Positions 33,700 to 42,672 of a stretch of DNA of 64,000 nt are shown in pieces. The stretch spans positions 72,862-136,861 of the forward strand of contig CAWDSZ010000001.1 in the NCBI GenBank assembly GCA_963805075.1, given 5' to 3'. Position 1 is the first letter of the stretch. The number at the start of each line of letters is the position of its first letter. The notes under the pieces were generated by a model, which was not told where the DNA came from, did not search any database, and saw only the letters and a program-made list of their open reading frames with translations. This DNA is from an uncultured Solirubrobacterales bacterium. Lineage in GTDB: Bacteria; Actinomycetota; Thermoleophilia; Solirubrobacterales; 70-9. The position numbers were made by a program, and so were the translations under genes.

Positions 33700-34338
33700 A
33701 TGGACGAGGGACCGAGGCGTCGGCCTCTGACGCGGCGGCAGGCGCTCGCGGGCGCACTCGCCGGCGGCGCGGCCGTGGTGATCGCCGCCTGCGGCGGCGG
33801 GGATGACGATGGCTCCACGGTCGCAGCCGAGACGATCCCCGGGCGCCTGGACCCGACTCCCTCCTGCGGCGACGGCGGCGCGACGCCCGCCCAGACGGAG
33901 GGCCCGTTCTTCAGGCCCGACTCCCCACAGCGCACCTCTCTGCTCGAGCCGGGCATCGCGGGAACCGCCCTGCTCCTGACCGGCCGCGTGTTGGACACCG
34001 ACTGCCGCCCGATCCCAGGCGCCCTCCTCGACTTCTGGCAGGCCGACGGCGAGGGCGTCTACGACAACTCGGGCTACCGCCTGCGCGGCCACCAGTTCGC
34101 CGACGAGCGCGGGGCCTACCGCCTGCGCACCGTCGGCCCCGGCGCTTATCCCGGGCGCACCCGCCACATCCACGTCAAGGCCCAGCCCCGCGACGGGCGG
34201 GTCCTGACCACCCAGCTCTACTTCCCAGGCGAGCCCCAGAACGATCAGGACGCGATCTTCGACCCCCTGCTCCTCGTCGACCTGACCGCCGAGGCGGGCG
34301 GCGCGCGCGCCCGCTTCGACTTCGTGCTGGAGACCTGA
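33700..34338 (+). CDS. Tat-exported intradiol ring-cleavage dioxygenase family protein
   Basis: The ATG at 33700 gives MDEGPRRRPLTRRQALAG (twin-arginine) followed by ..IAACGG... Family segments are ..TEGPFF.., LDFWQADGEGVY and GRTRHIHV. Confidence 0.75.
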   Translation: MDEGPRRRPLTRRQALAGALAGGAAVVIAACGGGDDDGSTVAAETIPGRLDPTPSCGDGGATPAQTEGPFFRPDSPQRTSLLEPGIAGTALLLTGRVLDTDCRPIPGALLDFWQADGEGVYDNSGYRLRGHQFADERGAYRLRTVGPGAYPGRTRHIHVKAQPRDGRVLTTQLYFPGEPQNDQDAIFDPLLLVDLTAEAGGARARFDFVLET

Positions 34339-34384
34339 GCGTCCCTATCCTCAGGAACCCACGCCGACTCCCCGGGTCGGCTGC

Positions 34385-34457
34385 GGGCGGTTAGCTCAGT
34401 TGGGAGAGCGCCTCGTTTACACCGAGGAGGTCACTGGTTCGAGCCCAGTACCGCCCA
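34385..34457 (+). tRNA. tRNA-Val (anticodon UAC)
   Basis: Acceptor GGGCGGT/ACCGCCC, D arm GCTCAGTTGGGAGAGC, anticodon stem CCTCG/CGAGG with loop TTTACAC, and T arm CTGGTTCGAGCCCAG. Confidence 0.92.
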
Positions 34458-34467
34458 TCCTCGACAG

Positions 34468-36102
34468 TCAAGAGGAGCTCGGGGGCTTCGGGTCCTCGCT
34501 CTTGCTGTGCTGCGGCATCAGAGCCCCGGCGCCGAAGCGCCGGCCGCGCAGCAGCTCCTCCTTCAGCTCCTCGCCCGCCGTGTCCTTGCCCGGGACCAGG
34601 GTCTTGCGCAGGTCATGGGCGTCGAAGATGTCGTCCAGATCCTCGCGGGTGAGCGTCTCGCGCTCGAGCGCGTTCGTCGCCAGGTCGTCGAGGCACTTCC
34701 TGTTCAGCTGCATCAGCTGGCGGGCGCGCGCGTAGGCCATGTGCGCCAGCTCCTGCGCGTGCACGTCGACGTCACGGCGGGTCTGGTCGGAGAGCGCGTA
34801 GTCGGCCGTCGGCTGGGCGAGCGGCGCGCTGTCGGGCGGCCCCTTGGCGACCGTCATCCCGAACTCGGTCACCATCTGCACGCAGATCCCGTGCACGCGC
34901 GCGAGGTCGTCGGCGGCGCCGGAGTAGGCCTCGTCGAAGACCTCCTCCTCGGCCGCGCGGCCGCCGAGCAGGGTCACGACCTCGTCCAGCAGCTGCTTGC
35001 GCGAGCGCAGGTAGCGGTCCTCCTTCGGGGAGTGAGCGACGAAGCCCAGCGCCGGCCCGCGCGGCACGATGCTGAGAATCTCGGGCGGGTCCAGGCCGAC
35101 GAGGCGCCGGGCCAGGGCGTGGCCTGCCTCGTGGTAGGCGACGATGCGCCGCTCCTCGTCGTTCAGACGTCGCGCCTGCTGGGAGCCGACCGACTGGCGC
35201 AGCAGCGCCTCGTCGAGGTGCTCGCGCGCGATCTCGTCGCGCTCGTCGCGGCCGGCGATGATCGCGGCCTCGTTCAGCGCGTTGGCCAGCTGGGCGCCGG
35301 TCATCCCGGTCGTCTTGCGCGCGACGTCGGTGAGGTCGATGTCGTCGGCGAGCGCCTTGCCCTTGGCGTGGGTGCGCAGGATCGCCTCGCGCCCGTCGCG
35401 GTCGGGCGGCGCAACCAGCACCTGGCGGTCGAAACGGCCGGGTCGCAGCAGGGCCTTGTCGAGCTTTTCAACCGCGTTCGAGGCCGCAAGCACGATCACC
35501 GTGCCGGGGTCGCGCTCGAAGCCGTCCAGCTCCACCAGCAGCTGGTTCAGCGCCTGCTCGCGCTCGCTGGTGCCCCCGTCCCCGCCGCCTCCGCGATGGC
35601 CGCCGACCGCGTCGAGCTCGTCGATGAAGATCACCGCGCGCCCCGACTCGCGCGCCTCCTTGAACAGCCGCCGGATGCGGGCAGCCCCGCGGCCGACGAA
35701 CATCTCGACGAAGCTGGAGCCGGAAGCGGCGAAGAAGTCGACCCCGGCGTGGGCAGCCACGGCCCGCGCGAGCATCGTCTTGCCCGTCCCAGGCGGTCCG
35801 TAGAGCAGCACGCCGCGCGGCGCCCTGGCTCCCAGGCCGGCGAATCGCTTCGGGTCCTTGAGCCACTCGGCGACGTCGACCAGCTCCTCCTTGGCGGCGT
35901 CCACCCCCTGGACCTCGTCCCAGAGGACGGGCTGCGTCTTGCTCGCCTTGACCGTCTCGGGCCGGGTGGACCCCATCGTCCCCCGCAGCAGCATGATGAA
36001 CACGATCAGCAGTCCGAGCGAGAACAGCACCCCGAACACGGGGTACCACTCGAACATGAAGTCCGTGAAGGAGGAACCGAGCATGGTCACTGAGCCGATC
36101 AT
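34468..36102 (-). CDS. FtsH-like AAA+ zinc metalloprotease paralog lacking the extracytoplasmic domain
   Basis: There is a single N-terminal helix. Motifs: GPPGTGKT, IFIDELD, SRH ..LLRPGRFD.., and zinc site HEAGHAL. The protein is 544 aa, and the AAA module begins about 60 aa after the helix. Confidence 0.8.
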   Translation of the reverse strand: MIGSVTMLGSSFTDFMFEWYPVFGVLFSLGLLIVFIMLLRGTMGSTRPETVKASKTQPVLWDEVQGVDAAKEELVDVAEWLKDPKRFAGLGARAPRGVLLYGPPGTGKTMLARAVAAHAGVDFFAASGSSFVEMFVGRGAARIRRLFKEARESGRAVIFIDELDAVGGHRGGGGDGGTSEREQALNQLLVELDGFERDPGTVIVLAASNAVEKLDKALLRPGRFDRQVLVAPPDRDGREAILRTHAKGKALADDIDLTDVARKTTGMTGAQLANALNEAAIIAGRDERDEIAREHLDEALLRQSVGSQQARRLNDEERRIVAYHEAGHALARRLVGLDPPEILSIVPRGPALGFVAHSPKEDRYLRSRKQLLDEVVTLLGGRAAEEEVFDEAYSGAADDLARVHGICVQMVTEFGMTVAKGPPDSAPLAQPTADYALSDQTRRDVDVHAQELAHMAYARARQLMQLNRKCLDDLATNALERETLTREDLDDIFDAHDLRKTLVPGKDTAGEELKEELLRGRRFGAGALMPQHSKSEDPKPPSSS

Positions 36103-36168
36103 CGCGCGCGCACGCTCAGTATCGGCAATACCGCGCCCGGGCTGAACCGGGGCGGGGGCTGGGCGCGG

Positions 36169-36564
36169 CTAGTCGGCCAGGCCGTAGAGCAGCGCCTTGC
36201 TCTTGTCGTCGGGGTCGACCTTCACCTCGAACTTCTTGCCCTGCTCGTAATGACCGGAGCCGATCGCGTCGTCGGTCAGGTTCTGGAGCACGGTCGTGTC
36301 GTACTTGTCGCCGGCCTCGAGCTCGATCGAGACCCCGATCGCGTACTGCTTGTTGACGCCCGCGTCGGTCTTGCCCGTCTCGCCGATGGAGTTGATCGTG
36401 GCGACGCCCGGGAGCCCGCTGGTCGCGATCTTCTGCGCGGTCTGCGCGTACTCCATGTCCGCGGCGTCCGGCATCGCGGCCATGCCGCCGCCCTGCTGGG
36501 CGGCGTTCTGCTGCGCCTGCGCGGCCATCTCCTGCGCCTTCTTGATGTCGTCCATCATTCCCAT
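36169..36564 (-). CDS. Hypothetical protein
   Basis: ORF 36169..36957 with ATG at 36564 (MGMMDDIKKAQEMAAQ..). It has a Gln/Ala-rich N-terminus and a beta-rich C-terminal part. I recognised no family. Confidence 0.5.
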   Translation of the reverse strand: MGMMDDIKKAQEMAAQAQQNAAQQGGGMAAMPDAADMEYAQTAQKIATSGLPGVATINSIGETGKTDAGVNKQYAIGVSIELEAGDKYDTTVLQNLTDDAIGSGHYEQGKKFEVKVDPDDKSKALLYGLAD

Positions 36565-36651
36565 GGCTGATCTCCTCCGAAGTCGGTGTCGGGCCGCCAC
36601 TCTATGTGGATCGGATACGTTGCGCGGGGACCGGTAGACGAGGAGGCCACG

Positions 36652-37038
36652 ATGGAAACGAGTCAGCTCAAGCGCATCCCCCTGTTCGCGGACGCCTCCG
36701 ACGAGGAGCTGAAGCGGGTCGCCGCCTTCGCCGAATCGCGCGAGGTCACCGAGGGCACCGAGGTGATCGGCGAGGGCGAGTTCTCGCGCGCGCTGCTGGC
36801 GATCGAGGATGGGACCGCCGAGGTCACGCGCGACGGGGAGCGGGTCGCCGAGCTGGGTCCGGGGGACATCTTCGGCGAGGCGGGCATGCTGGACGACTCG
36901 ATGCGCAGCGCCACCGTCACCGCGACCTCGCCGCTGAAGCTGATCAGCATGGGTCACTTCGAGGTGAAGCGGCTGCGCAAGGACGCCCCCGACGTCTACG
37001 CGAAGATCCAGCAGCTCGTCGAAGAGCGCTCGGGCTGA
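36652..37038 (+). CDS. Stand-alone cyclic-nucleotide-binding domain protein
   Basis: The ATG at 36652 follows GAGGAGG. It has LKRIPLFADASDEEL and the phosphate-binding cassette FGEAGML..RSATVTA. Confidence 0.75.
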   Translation: METSQLKRIPLFADASDEELKRVAAFAESREVTEGTEVIGEGEFSRALLAIEDGTAEVTRDGERVAELGPGDIFGEAGMLDDSMRSATVTATSPLKLISMGHFEVKRLRKDAPDVYAKIQQLVEERSG

Positions 37039-37063
37039 GCGGCTGCGAAGTCAGCCCGGCTGA

Positions 37064-37849
37064 TCAGAATTCGTCCAGGCACCCGAGGATCTCGTCCGTG
37101 TTGCTGCCCGCGGCCGCGATGCAGTCGTTCAGCTTCTTGGCGTCCTGCGCCGCCTGGGGGATCTGGGTTCCCGCGCCACCCTCGTTGCGCACGTCGCTGC
37201 CGTCGGGCGCCGCGCGATAGAGCACATAGCGGCCGCCGGCCTCGGCGTTGATCGTCCAGCGCAGCTCGCGTGATCCGAAGGGGATGGCCCGCTCCAGCGT
37301 CAGCACCGTGGGCTCGAAGTCCTGGGCGCCGCTGAGCTTGCGCGCCTCGGAGAGCATGCGGTCCACCGAGCCGGCCTTGACCCCGGAGAGCGGGAACGAG
37401 AAGTCGTCGAGGGTGGCGTTCCCGGAGATGGAGATCGTCGCGTCCTCGCGCACGAGCTCGCCGCTGTCGGCGCGGACGCTGTAGGCCTCGACGCCGTCGG
37501 CGCCACGGCGAACGATGAACTGGGTCTGGACGGGGTTGACGAACAGTCTGGTCAGCTGCGCGTTAGCGCCGGCGGCCCCGCTGACCGCATCCAGCGCCGA
37601 GGCGAAGCCCGCGCTGGTGAACGGGTCCAGGGTGGCCTCCGGCGGGTCGCCCCCGTTGATGGTGGTGTCCTGGAGCGTCGTGTTGTCGAGGTTCGTGACC
37701 TGCCCGCTGTCCACCTCGGGCAGGTCCGGAAGGTCGATGTCGACGCCGTTCCCCACGATCGCGAAGGCGCCGATCCCGAGGCCCGCTGCCACCAGGACGA
37801 CCAGCAGTAGCTTGAACAGGCCGCCGGAGATGATCGGGTCTTCGCGCAT
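37064..37849 (-). CDS. Hypothetical membrane-anchored extracytoplasmic protein
   Basis: ORF 37064..37849 has an N-terminal helix LFKLLLVVLVAAGLGIGAFAIV. I recognised no family. Confidence 0.5.
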   Translation of the reverse strand: MREDPIISGGLFKLLLVVLVAAGLGIGAFAIVGNGVDIDLPDLPEVDSGQVTNLDNTTLQDTTINGGDPPEATLDPFTSAGFASALDAVSGAAGANAQLTRLFVNPVQTQFIVRRGADGVEAYSVRADSGELVREDATISISGNATLDDFSFPLSGVKAGSVDRMLSEARKLSGAQDFEPTVLTLERAIPFGSRELRWTINAEAGGRYVLYRAAPDGSDVRNEGGAGTQIPQAAQDAKKLNDCIAAAGSNTDEILGCLDEF

Positions 37850-37852
37850 CCG

Positions 37853-38708
37853 CTAGGAAGCTCCCCTGAGCGTGGTCCGCAGCTCTCCGAGCGTCGGCGA
37901 GCTGATCACGATCTCGTCTCCCGGCTGCAGCCAGACGCGCGGATCCCGCACGCTGCCAACGCCCGACGGCGTGCCGGTCGAGACGATGTCGCCTGGCTCC
38001 ATCGTCATCCAGCTGGACAGGTGCGACAGCAGCTGGGGCGGCGAGAAGATCAGATCGGAGGTGACGGCTTCCTGCATCCGCTCTCCGTTCAGCTCGAGCT
38101 GGAATGAGATTGCGTCGTGGGCGCCGGCCTCGTCGGCAGTCACGAGCGCGGGCCCGCACGGCGCCGAGCCGTCGAAGACCTTGCCCGGCATCCACTGCGG
38201 CGTCGCGAACTGGAGATCGCGGGCCGAGAGGTCGTTCAGCAGCATGTAGCCGGCGATCGCGTCGCCGGCCTGCTCCTCCGTCACGTCCTTGCAGCGCCGC
38301 CCGACCACGAACGCCACCTCGGCCTCGTAGTCGACCTTGGCGCTGGCGGCGGGCAGGCTCACCTCGGCGCCCGCCGCGGCGAGCGCGTTCCGGAACTTGG
38401 CGAAGATGGTCGGAACCTCGGGGGGCTCGAGACCGGCTTCCTCGGCGTGGGAGCGGTAGTTGAGTCCGATGCAGACGATCTTGTCGGGGTCGGGAACGGG
38501 CGGCCTCAGCTCGACCTCGCCCTCGGGCAGCGGGGAGACTGCGGCGGAGCCCGCGGCGCCGGCCAGGTCGCCGACCCGCGTCCCCCGCGAGCAGCTCCCG
38601 AACGCCGATCGAGTCCTCGCCCAGCAGCTCGGCCGCGTCGAGGATCCCGTCGCCGGTCTGCACCCCGGCCCTGTCGGAGCCCCCCTTACGGTACGTCAGG
38701 ATCCGCAT
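37853..38708 (-). CDS. Fumarylacetoacetate hydrolase (FAH) family protein (frame change near 38585)
   Basis: The N-terminus [20 protein letters not shown] is in ORF 37563..38708. The catalytic part is in the frame of ORF 37853..38362 (..[12 protein letters not shown].., [12 protein letters not shown], ..[13 protein letters not shown]..). Confidence 0.8.
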
Positions 38709-38894
38709 CGAACGGCAGACCCTAACGGCGCGGAGGCGGTCGCGAATGCGCTCATCCTGGCTGACGCGACGCCGTCCGGTTCGCTACCTTGCGGCCCGTT
38801 CGACGGGGTCGCGAGCCCCAAGGAAGTGTGTGTAGGAAGCGGTGTCGGACCGGCACCTCCTCGCGCACAGATCCGGCCGAGGAGGCTTATTCAA

Positions 38895-39104
38895 ATGGCA
38901 GAAGGCACCGTGAAGTGGTTCAGCAACGAGAAGGGCTACGGGTTCATCACCCCGGATGACGGCACCAAGGACCTGTTCGTCCACTTCTCTTCGATCAGCG
39001 GCGAGGGCTACCGCTCGCTCAACGACGGGGCCCGCGTCAGCTACGAGGCCGAGGACGGCCCGAAGGGGCCGGTCGCGGTCAACGTCCAAGAGCTGGCCGG
39101 ATAG
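38895..39104 (+). CDS. cspA: Cold-shock protein (CspA family)
   Basis: [30 protein letters not shown] carries the RNP1 and RNP2 motifs. GGAGG lies 9 nt upstream, after a long AT-poorer leader. Confidence 0.93.
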   Translation: MAEGTVKWFSNEKGYGFITPDDGTKDLFVHFSSISGEGYRSLNDGARVSYEAEDGPKGPVAVNVQELAG

Positions 39105-39118
39105 CCTTAGTCACAACG

Positions 39119-39140
39119 CGGCGGCCACAGAGGGCCGCCG
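39119..39140 (+). terminator. Stem-loop between cspA and tRNA-Asp (possible terminator or processing site, no T tract)
   Basis: CGGCGGCC (39119-39126), loop ACAGAG, GGCCGCCG (39133-39140). Confidence 0.35.
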
Positions 39141-39149
39141 TCGAACCCC

Positions 39150-39223
<74 letters not shown>

Positions 39224-39259
39224 TTTGAGGCCCCCCGCTTCGGTGAGCGGTTCTCGATC

Positions 39260-39634
39260 TCAGCCCGGCTGGAAGAGCTCGATCGGGTTGCCGGAGGGGT
39301 CCTCGAGCAGAATCTGCTTCCCGCCTCGACCGGTGACGATCTCGTTGCGAAAGCGCGCCCCCGTCTTGCGCAGGGCCTCGACCTCGGCGGCCAGATCCTC
39401 GACCTCGAGCTGGATCCGGTTCCATCCCCCCGGCTCAGGCGTGCGGCCGTCGGGCATCGCCTCGCCGGCGCCGCCGCTGCCCGGCGCGTTGAGCATCAGG
39501 CGCAGCTCGCCCCGGGACAGGACCGCGAAACCCGGGGCGGGGTTCATCTCGACGTTGAACCCGAGGTTGTCCCGGTAGAACGCGGTCGCGGACTCGACGT
39601 CGTCGGCGATGTAGCGGATGCTCACAGGGCTCAT
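39260..39634 (-). CDS. VOC (glyoxalase/bleomycin-resistance) family protein
   Basis: IRYIADDVESATAFYRDNLGF.., ..GWNRIQLEVEDL.. and ..GGKQILLEDPSGNPIELF. Confidence 0.75.
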   Translation of the reverse strand: MSPVSIRYIADDVESATAFYRDNLGFNVEMNPAPGFAVLSRGELRLMLNAPGSGGAGEAMPDGRTPEPGGWNRIQLEVEDLAAEVEALRKTGARFRNEIVTGRGGKQILLEDPSGNPIELFQPG

Positions 39635-39677
39635 CTCGCACCTCCTCGGCTCTGGCGCCGAGAACCTTAGCCAGCTC

Positions 39678-40778
39678 CTAGATCGGCGCGCCGGCGAAGA
39701 GGAAGAACCAGACTTCGAACGCGACCACGCCCACGACCACGCAGGCCACCACCGCCAGCTCGGGGGCGCTGATCCCGTAGCGGCTTCTGACGTCCTGGAC
39801 GCGATCGCCGCGCTTGGCCCGGTGCCAGGGGGAGGTCTGGCTCGCGATCGCGGGCCGACCCGTGAGCCGGTCGTAGCGGTTGTTCAGCCACATCAGCGTC
39901 CATGCGAGCAGGGCTACCAGGACCGACATCACCACCAGGACGGTGACTACCCCTCGCAGGCTCAGCACCTGACCACCCTGGGCCAGGGAGCCGAGCCAGA
40001 GGGCGAGCAGCGGGGCGCCGGTCCAGGTGTTCATCGCCGCGAGCGCGGTCGCGGTCACCAGGCCGACCTTCTTCAGCTCCAGGTGGCGGGGCACCTCCTC
40101 GGCCGGGCCGGAGCCGTCGATCCGCCGGACCGTCGCCGCCGATGCCGCGGCGGAGGCGTCGGGCTCCGGCTCGACCTCCATCCCCGGCGCCAGGTCGAGC
40201 TCGAGCGCGTCGAGTCCCCCGGGGACCACCGCGCCCAGCTCTCCCAGCTGCTCGCGGGTCAGCGCCCCGGTGTGCACCGAGATCGCGTTTCGCTTGCCGT
40301 CCTGGTGGGCCTGCAAGACGTCGAGGCTGTTGCGAAGGACCAATGCCGACTTCGATGCCTTGATCTGCTTCGCCGACAGGTCGAATCCGAAGATCGCCTG
40401 TTCGCGGCGGTACAGCCCCGCGTCGGGCGAGACGACCCAAAGGGGCCAGGAGGGACCGAGGTGCGTGCTGAGGCCGGCGAAGCCGACGACCTGGCCATCC
40501 CGATTCCTGACGGGGAACATGATCCGCGAGTGGAAATGCTCGTGGACGCGGCCCCGGGGCGAGACGCGCAGGAGCCCGGCCGCCTCCATGTCCTCGGGCG
40601 CGTACCCGAGCTCGCGGAAGTGCTCCATCAGCTCGTGATGGCGGACGGGCGCGTAGCCGACTCCGAAGTCCCGGAGCACCTTCTTCCCGAGGCCCTTGTC
40701 TGCCAGGGCGTCGCGGGCCGACTCGCAGTTCGGCGACTCCCAGAGGTAGCCCTGGAAGAACTCGGCGGCATCCGCCAT
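39678..40778 (-). CDS. DnaG-primase-core-like domain (no zinc finger, degenerate TOPRIM) fused to C-terminal transmembrane helices
   Basis: This is the C-terminal part of ORF 39678..42737. The ATG at 40778 follows GGGGAG; an alternative ATG lies at 40847. It has FGVGYAP and HSRIMFPVRNRDGQVVGFAG as in the DnaG core. LVLRNSLDVL replaces the LVVEGYMDV-type TOPRIM motif. Three hydrophobic helices lie near the C-terminus. Confidence 0.6.
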   Translation of the reverse strand: MADAAEFFQGYLWESPNCESARDALADKGLGKKVLRDFGVGYAPVRHHELMEHFRELGYAPEDMEAAGLLRVSPRGRVHEHFHSRIMFPVRNRDGQVVGFAGLSTHLGPSWPLWVVSPDAGLYRREQAIFGFDLSAKQIKASKSALVLRNSLDVLQAHQDGKRNAISVHTGALTREQLGELGAVVPGGLDALELDLAPGMEVEPEPDASAAASAATVRRIDGSGPAEEVPRHLELKKVGLVTATALAAMNTWTGAPLLALWLGSLAQGGQVLSLRGVVTVLVVMSVLVALLAWTLMWLNNRYDRLTGRPAIASQTSPWHRAKRGDRVQDVRSRYGISAPELAVVACVVVGVVAFEVWFFLFAGAPI

Positions 40779-40904
40779 CAGCTCCCCGGTGCGGCCGTCC
40801 GTGACCCCGCCGCCCTGCCTTTCCAGCGTCGTGGTGATAGCCACCATCGTGGCACGATTCCGTCCCCGGCCGAAGGGCCGCCGGTCCCTGTACGTTCCCG
40901 CCGC

Positions 40905-42587
40905 ATGCCCGCTCGCCCGCGAATCGGCCTCGCCACGATCGCCGCTGCCGTGCTGCTCGGACTGTCCCCGGGCGCCGCCACGGCCGCCTCGGACCCCGCG
41001 AACCAGCCGCCGTTCGGCGGCGAGGACGTCCCGCCGCTCGTGAAGCAGGAGGGGCAGCGGGCTCCCGCCGGGTTCGAGCTCAGCGCCGACCGGGTCCTGG
41101 AGCTCGCCGGCCCCGGTGCCGGCACCCCCACGGTCGCGACTCGCGGCGAGGACCTGTGGGAAGTGCGCTTCCGGAACGAGGAAGCCGAGGTGGTCCGGCT
41201 GGTCGTCGTCGACGACCGGAGCGGCGAGGTCATCGATGTCTTCACCGGGGAGAAGATCGAGACCGAGCTGGCCCGCGGCTATGAGGGTGCCGTCGCCGGC
41301 AAGGCCAACTCGTGGTGGATCTGGCTGCCGCTCTGCCTCCTGTTCGTGGCGCCGTTCGTGGACCCACGCCGCCCCCTCCGGCTCCTGCACGTGGACCTGC
41401 TGGTGCTGCTGGGGCTGAGCGTCTCGCTCTATTTCTTCAACCGGGGCGAGATCGAGGCCTCGGTGCTGCTGGTCTATCCGGTGCTCGGCTACGTCTTCGC
41501 GCGGATGCTGGGGCTCGGCTTCGATCGCGGCCCCGGACGCGGCCGGGACGGCCCCCTGCTGCCGCTCGCGAAGCCGAGCTGGCTCGTCGCCGGCATCGCC
41601 GTTCTGGCGATCTTCCACGTCGGCTACCAGGCGGCCGAGGGCAAGGTGATCGACGTCGGCATCGCGGGGGTGATCGGGGCCGACCGGCTGACGGACGGCG
41701 AGGACGTCTACGGCGAGGACTTCGGCTCGGAGCTGCCCGAGAGCGGGGACGTGCGCGGCGACGTCTACGGCCCGGTCAACTACGAGGCCTACGTCCCGTT
41801 CGAGCTGGCACTTCCCTACGAGGGGGAGTGGGACGAGGTGCCGGCGGCGCAGGCGGCGGCCGTCGCCTTCACGCTGCTGACGGCGATCGCGCTGTTCTTC
41901 CTGGGCCGGGCCCTGAGACGGGAGGGCGGGGACCACGACGACGATGGGAGGACGCTCGGCTTGGCGCTGGCCTTCGCCTGGCTGGCCTACCCCTTCACGC
42001 TGTACACGGCGGCCTCCAGCTTCAACGACTCGCTGGTGGCCCTGCTGGTCGTCTGCTCTCTGTTGGCTGTGGCCTCCCCGCCTGGGCGCGGCGCGCTGGC
42101 GGCGCTGGCGGGGCTGACCAAATTCGGGCCGCTCGCCCTGGCGCCGATGCTGGCCGCCGGGACAGGCGACCGGCGCCCGAGGACTCTCGCGTTGTTCGTC
42201 GCCGGCTTCGTCGCGGCCGCCGCGGTGGTGACGCTGCCACTGCTGCCCGACGGCGGCCTCGGGGAGATCTACGACCGCTCGCTCGGCTACCAGGCCTCGC
42301 GCGGCTCGCCGTTCAGCATCTGGGGGCAGGCCCCCTCCCTCGACGCGCTGCAGACCGCGTCCAGGGTGTTCGCCGTGGGTCTGGCGGCGGCGTTCTTCTT
42401 CGTCCCCCGCGTCCGCACGCTCGCTCAGCTCGCGGCGCTGGCGGCGTCGGTCCTGATCGCGGTGCAGGTGACCGCGAGCCACTGGCTCTACCCCTATGCG
42501 GTCTGGTTCGCCCCGCTCGCGCTCGCGGCCCTGTTCGCCCGGCAGACGGCGCGCCCGGGCCGGCGCCCAGGCACCACATCCACCTGA
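40905..42587 (+). CDS. PepSY-like domain plus DUF2029/GT87-like polytopic membrane glycosyltransferase
   Basis: The ATG at 40905 lies within ORF 39618..42587. It has a signal peptide (..LLGLSPGAATAAS) and a PepSY-like segment (..DLWEVRFRNEEAEVVRLVVVDDRSGEVIDVF). About 10 helices follow, with ..DVYGPVNYEAYVPFE.. in a loop. Confidence 0.55.
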   Translation: MPARPRIGLATIAAAVLLGLSPGAATAASDPANQPPFGGEDVPPLVKQEGQRAPAGFELSADRVLELAGPGAGTPTVATRGEDLWEVRFRNEEAEVVRLVVVDDRSGEVIDVFTGEKIETELARGYEGAVAGKANSWWIWLPLCLLFVAPFVDPRRPLRLLHVDLLVLLGLSVSLYFFNRGEIEASVLLVYPVLGYVFARMLGLGFDRGPGRGRDGPLLPLAKPSWLVAGIAVLAIFHVGYQAAEGKVIDVGIAGVIGADRLTDGEDVYGEDFGSELPESGDVRGDVYGPVNYEAYVPFELALPYEGEWDEVPAAQAAAVAFTLLTAIALFFLGRALRREGGDHDDDGRTLGLALAFAWLAYPFTLYTAASSFNDSLVALLVVCSLLAVASPPGRGALAALAGLTKFGPLALAPMLAAGTGDRRPRTLALFVAGFVAAAAVVTLPLLPDGGLGEIYDRSLGYQASRGSPFSIWGQAPSLDALQTASRVFAVGLAAAFFFVPRVRTLAQLAALAASVLIAVQVTASHWLYPYAVWFAPLALAALFARQTARPGRRPGTTST

Positions 42588-42672
42588 GAGCGAGGATCGC
42601 CCGCCGATCTTTGGACATCGGTACAAGGCGATTCGACCTCTCGAGTTCCAAGATTCAGGGCGGAGAGAGGCG

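Noticed and set aside
39618-40904. The N-terminal 429 codons of the 989-aa plus-strand ORF 39618..42587.
   Set aside because: This part is antisense to the primase-like gene and has no motifs. A signal peptide starts at the ATG at 40905, which I take as the real start.
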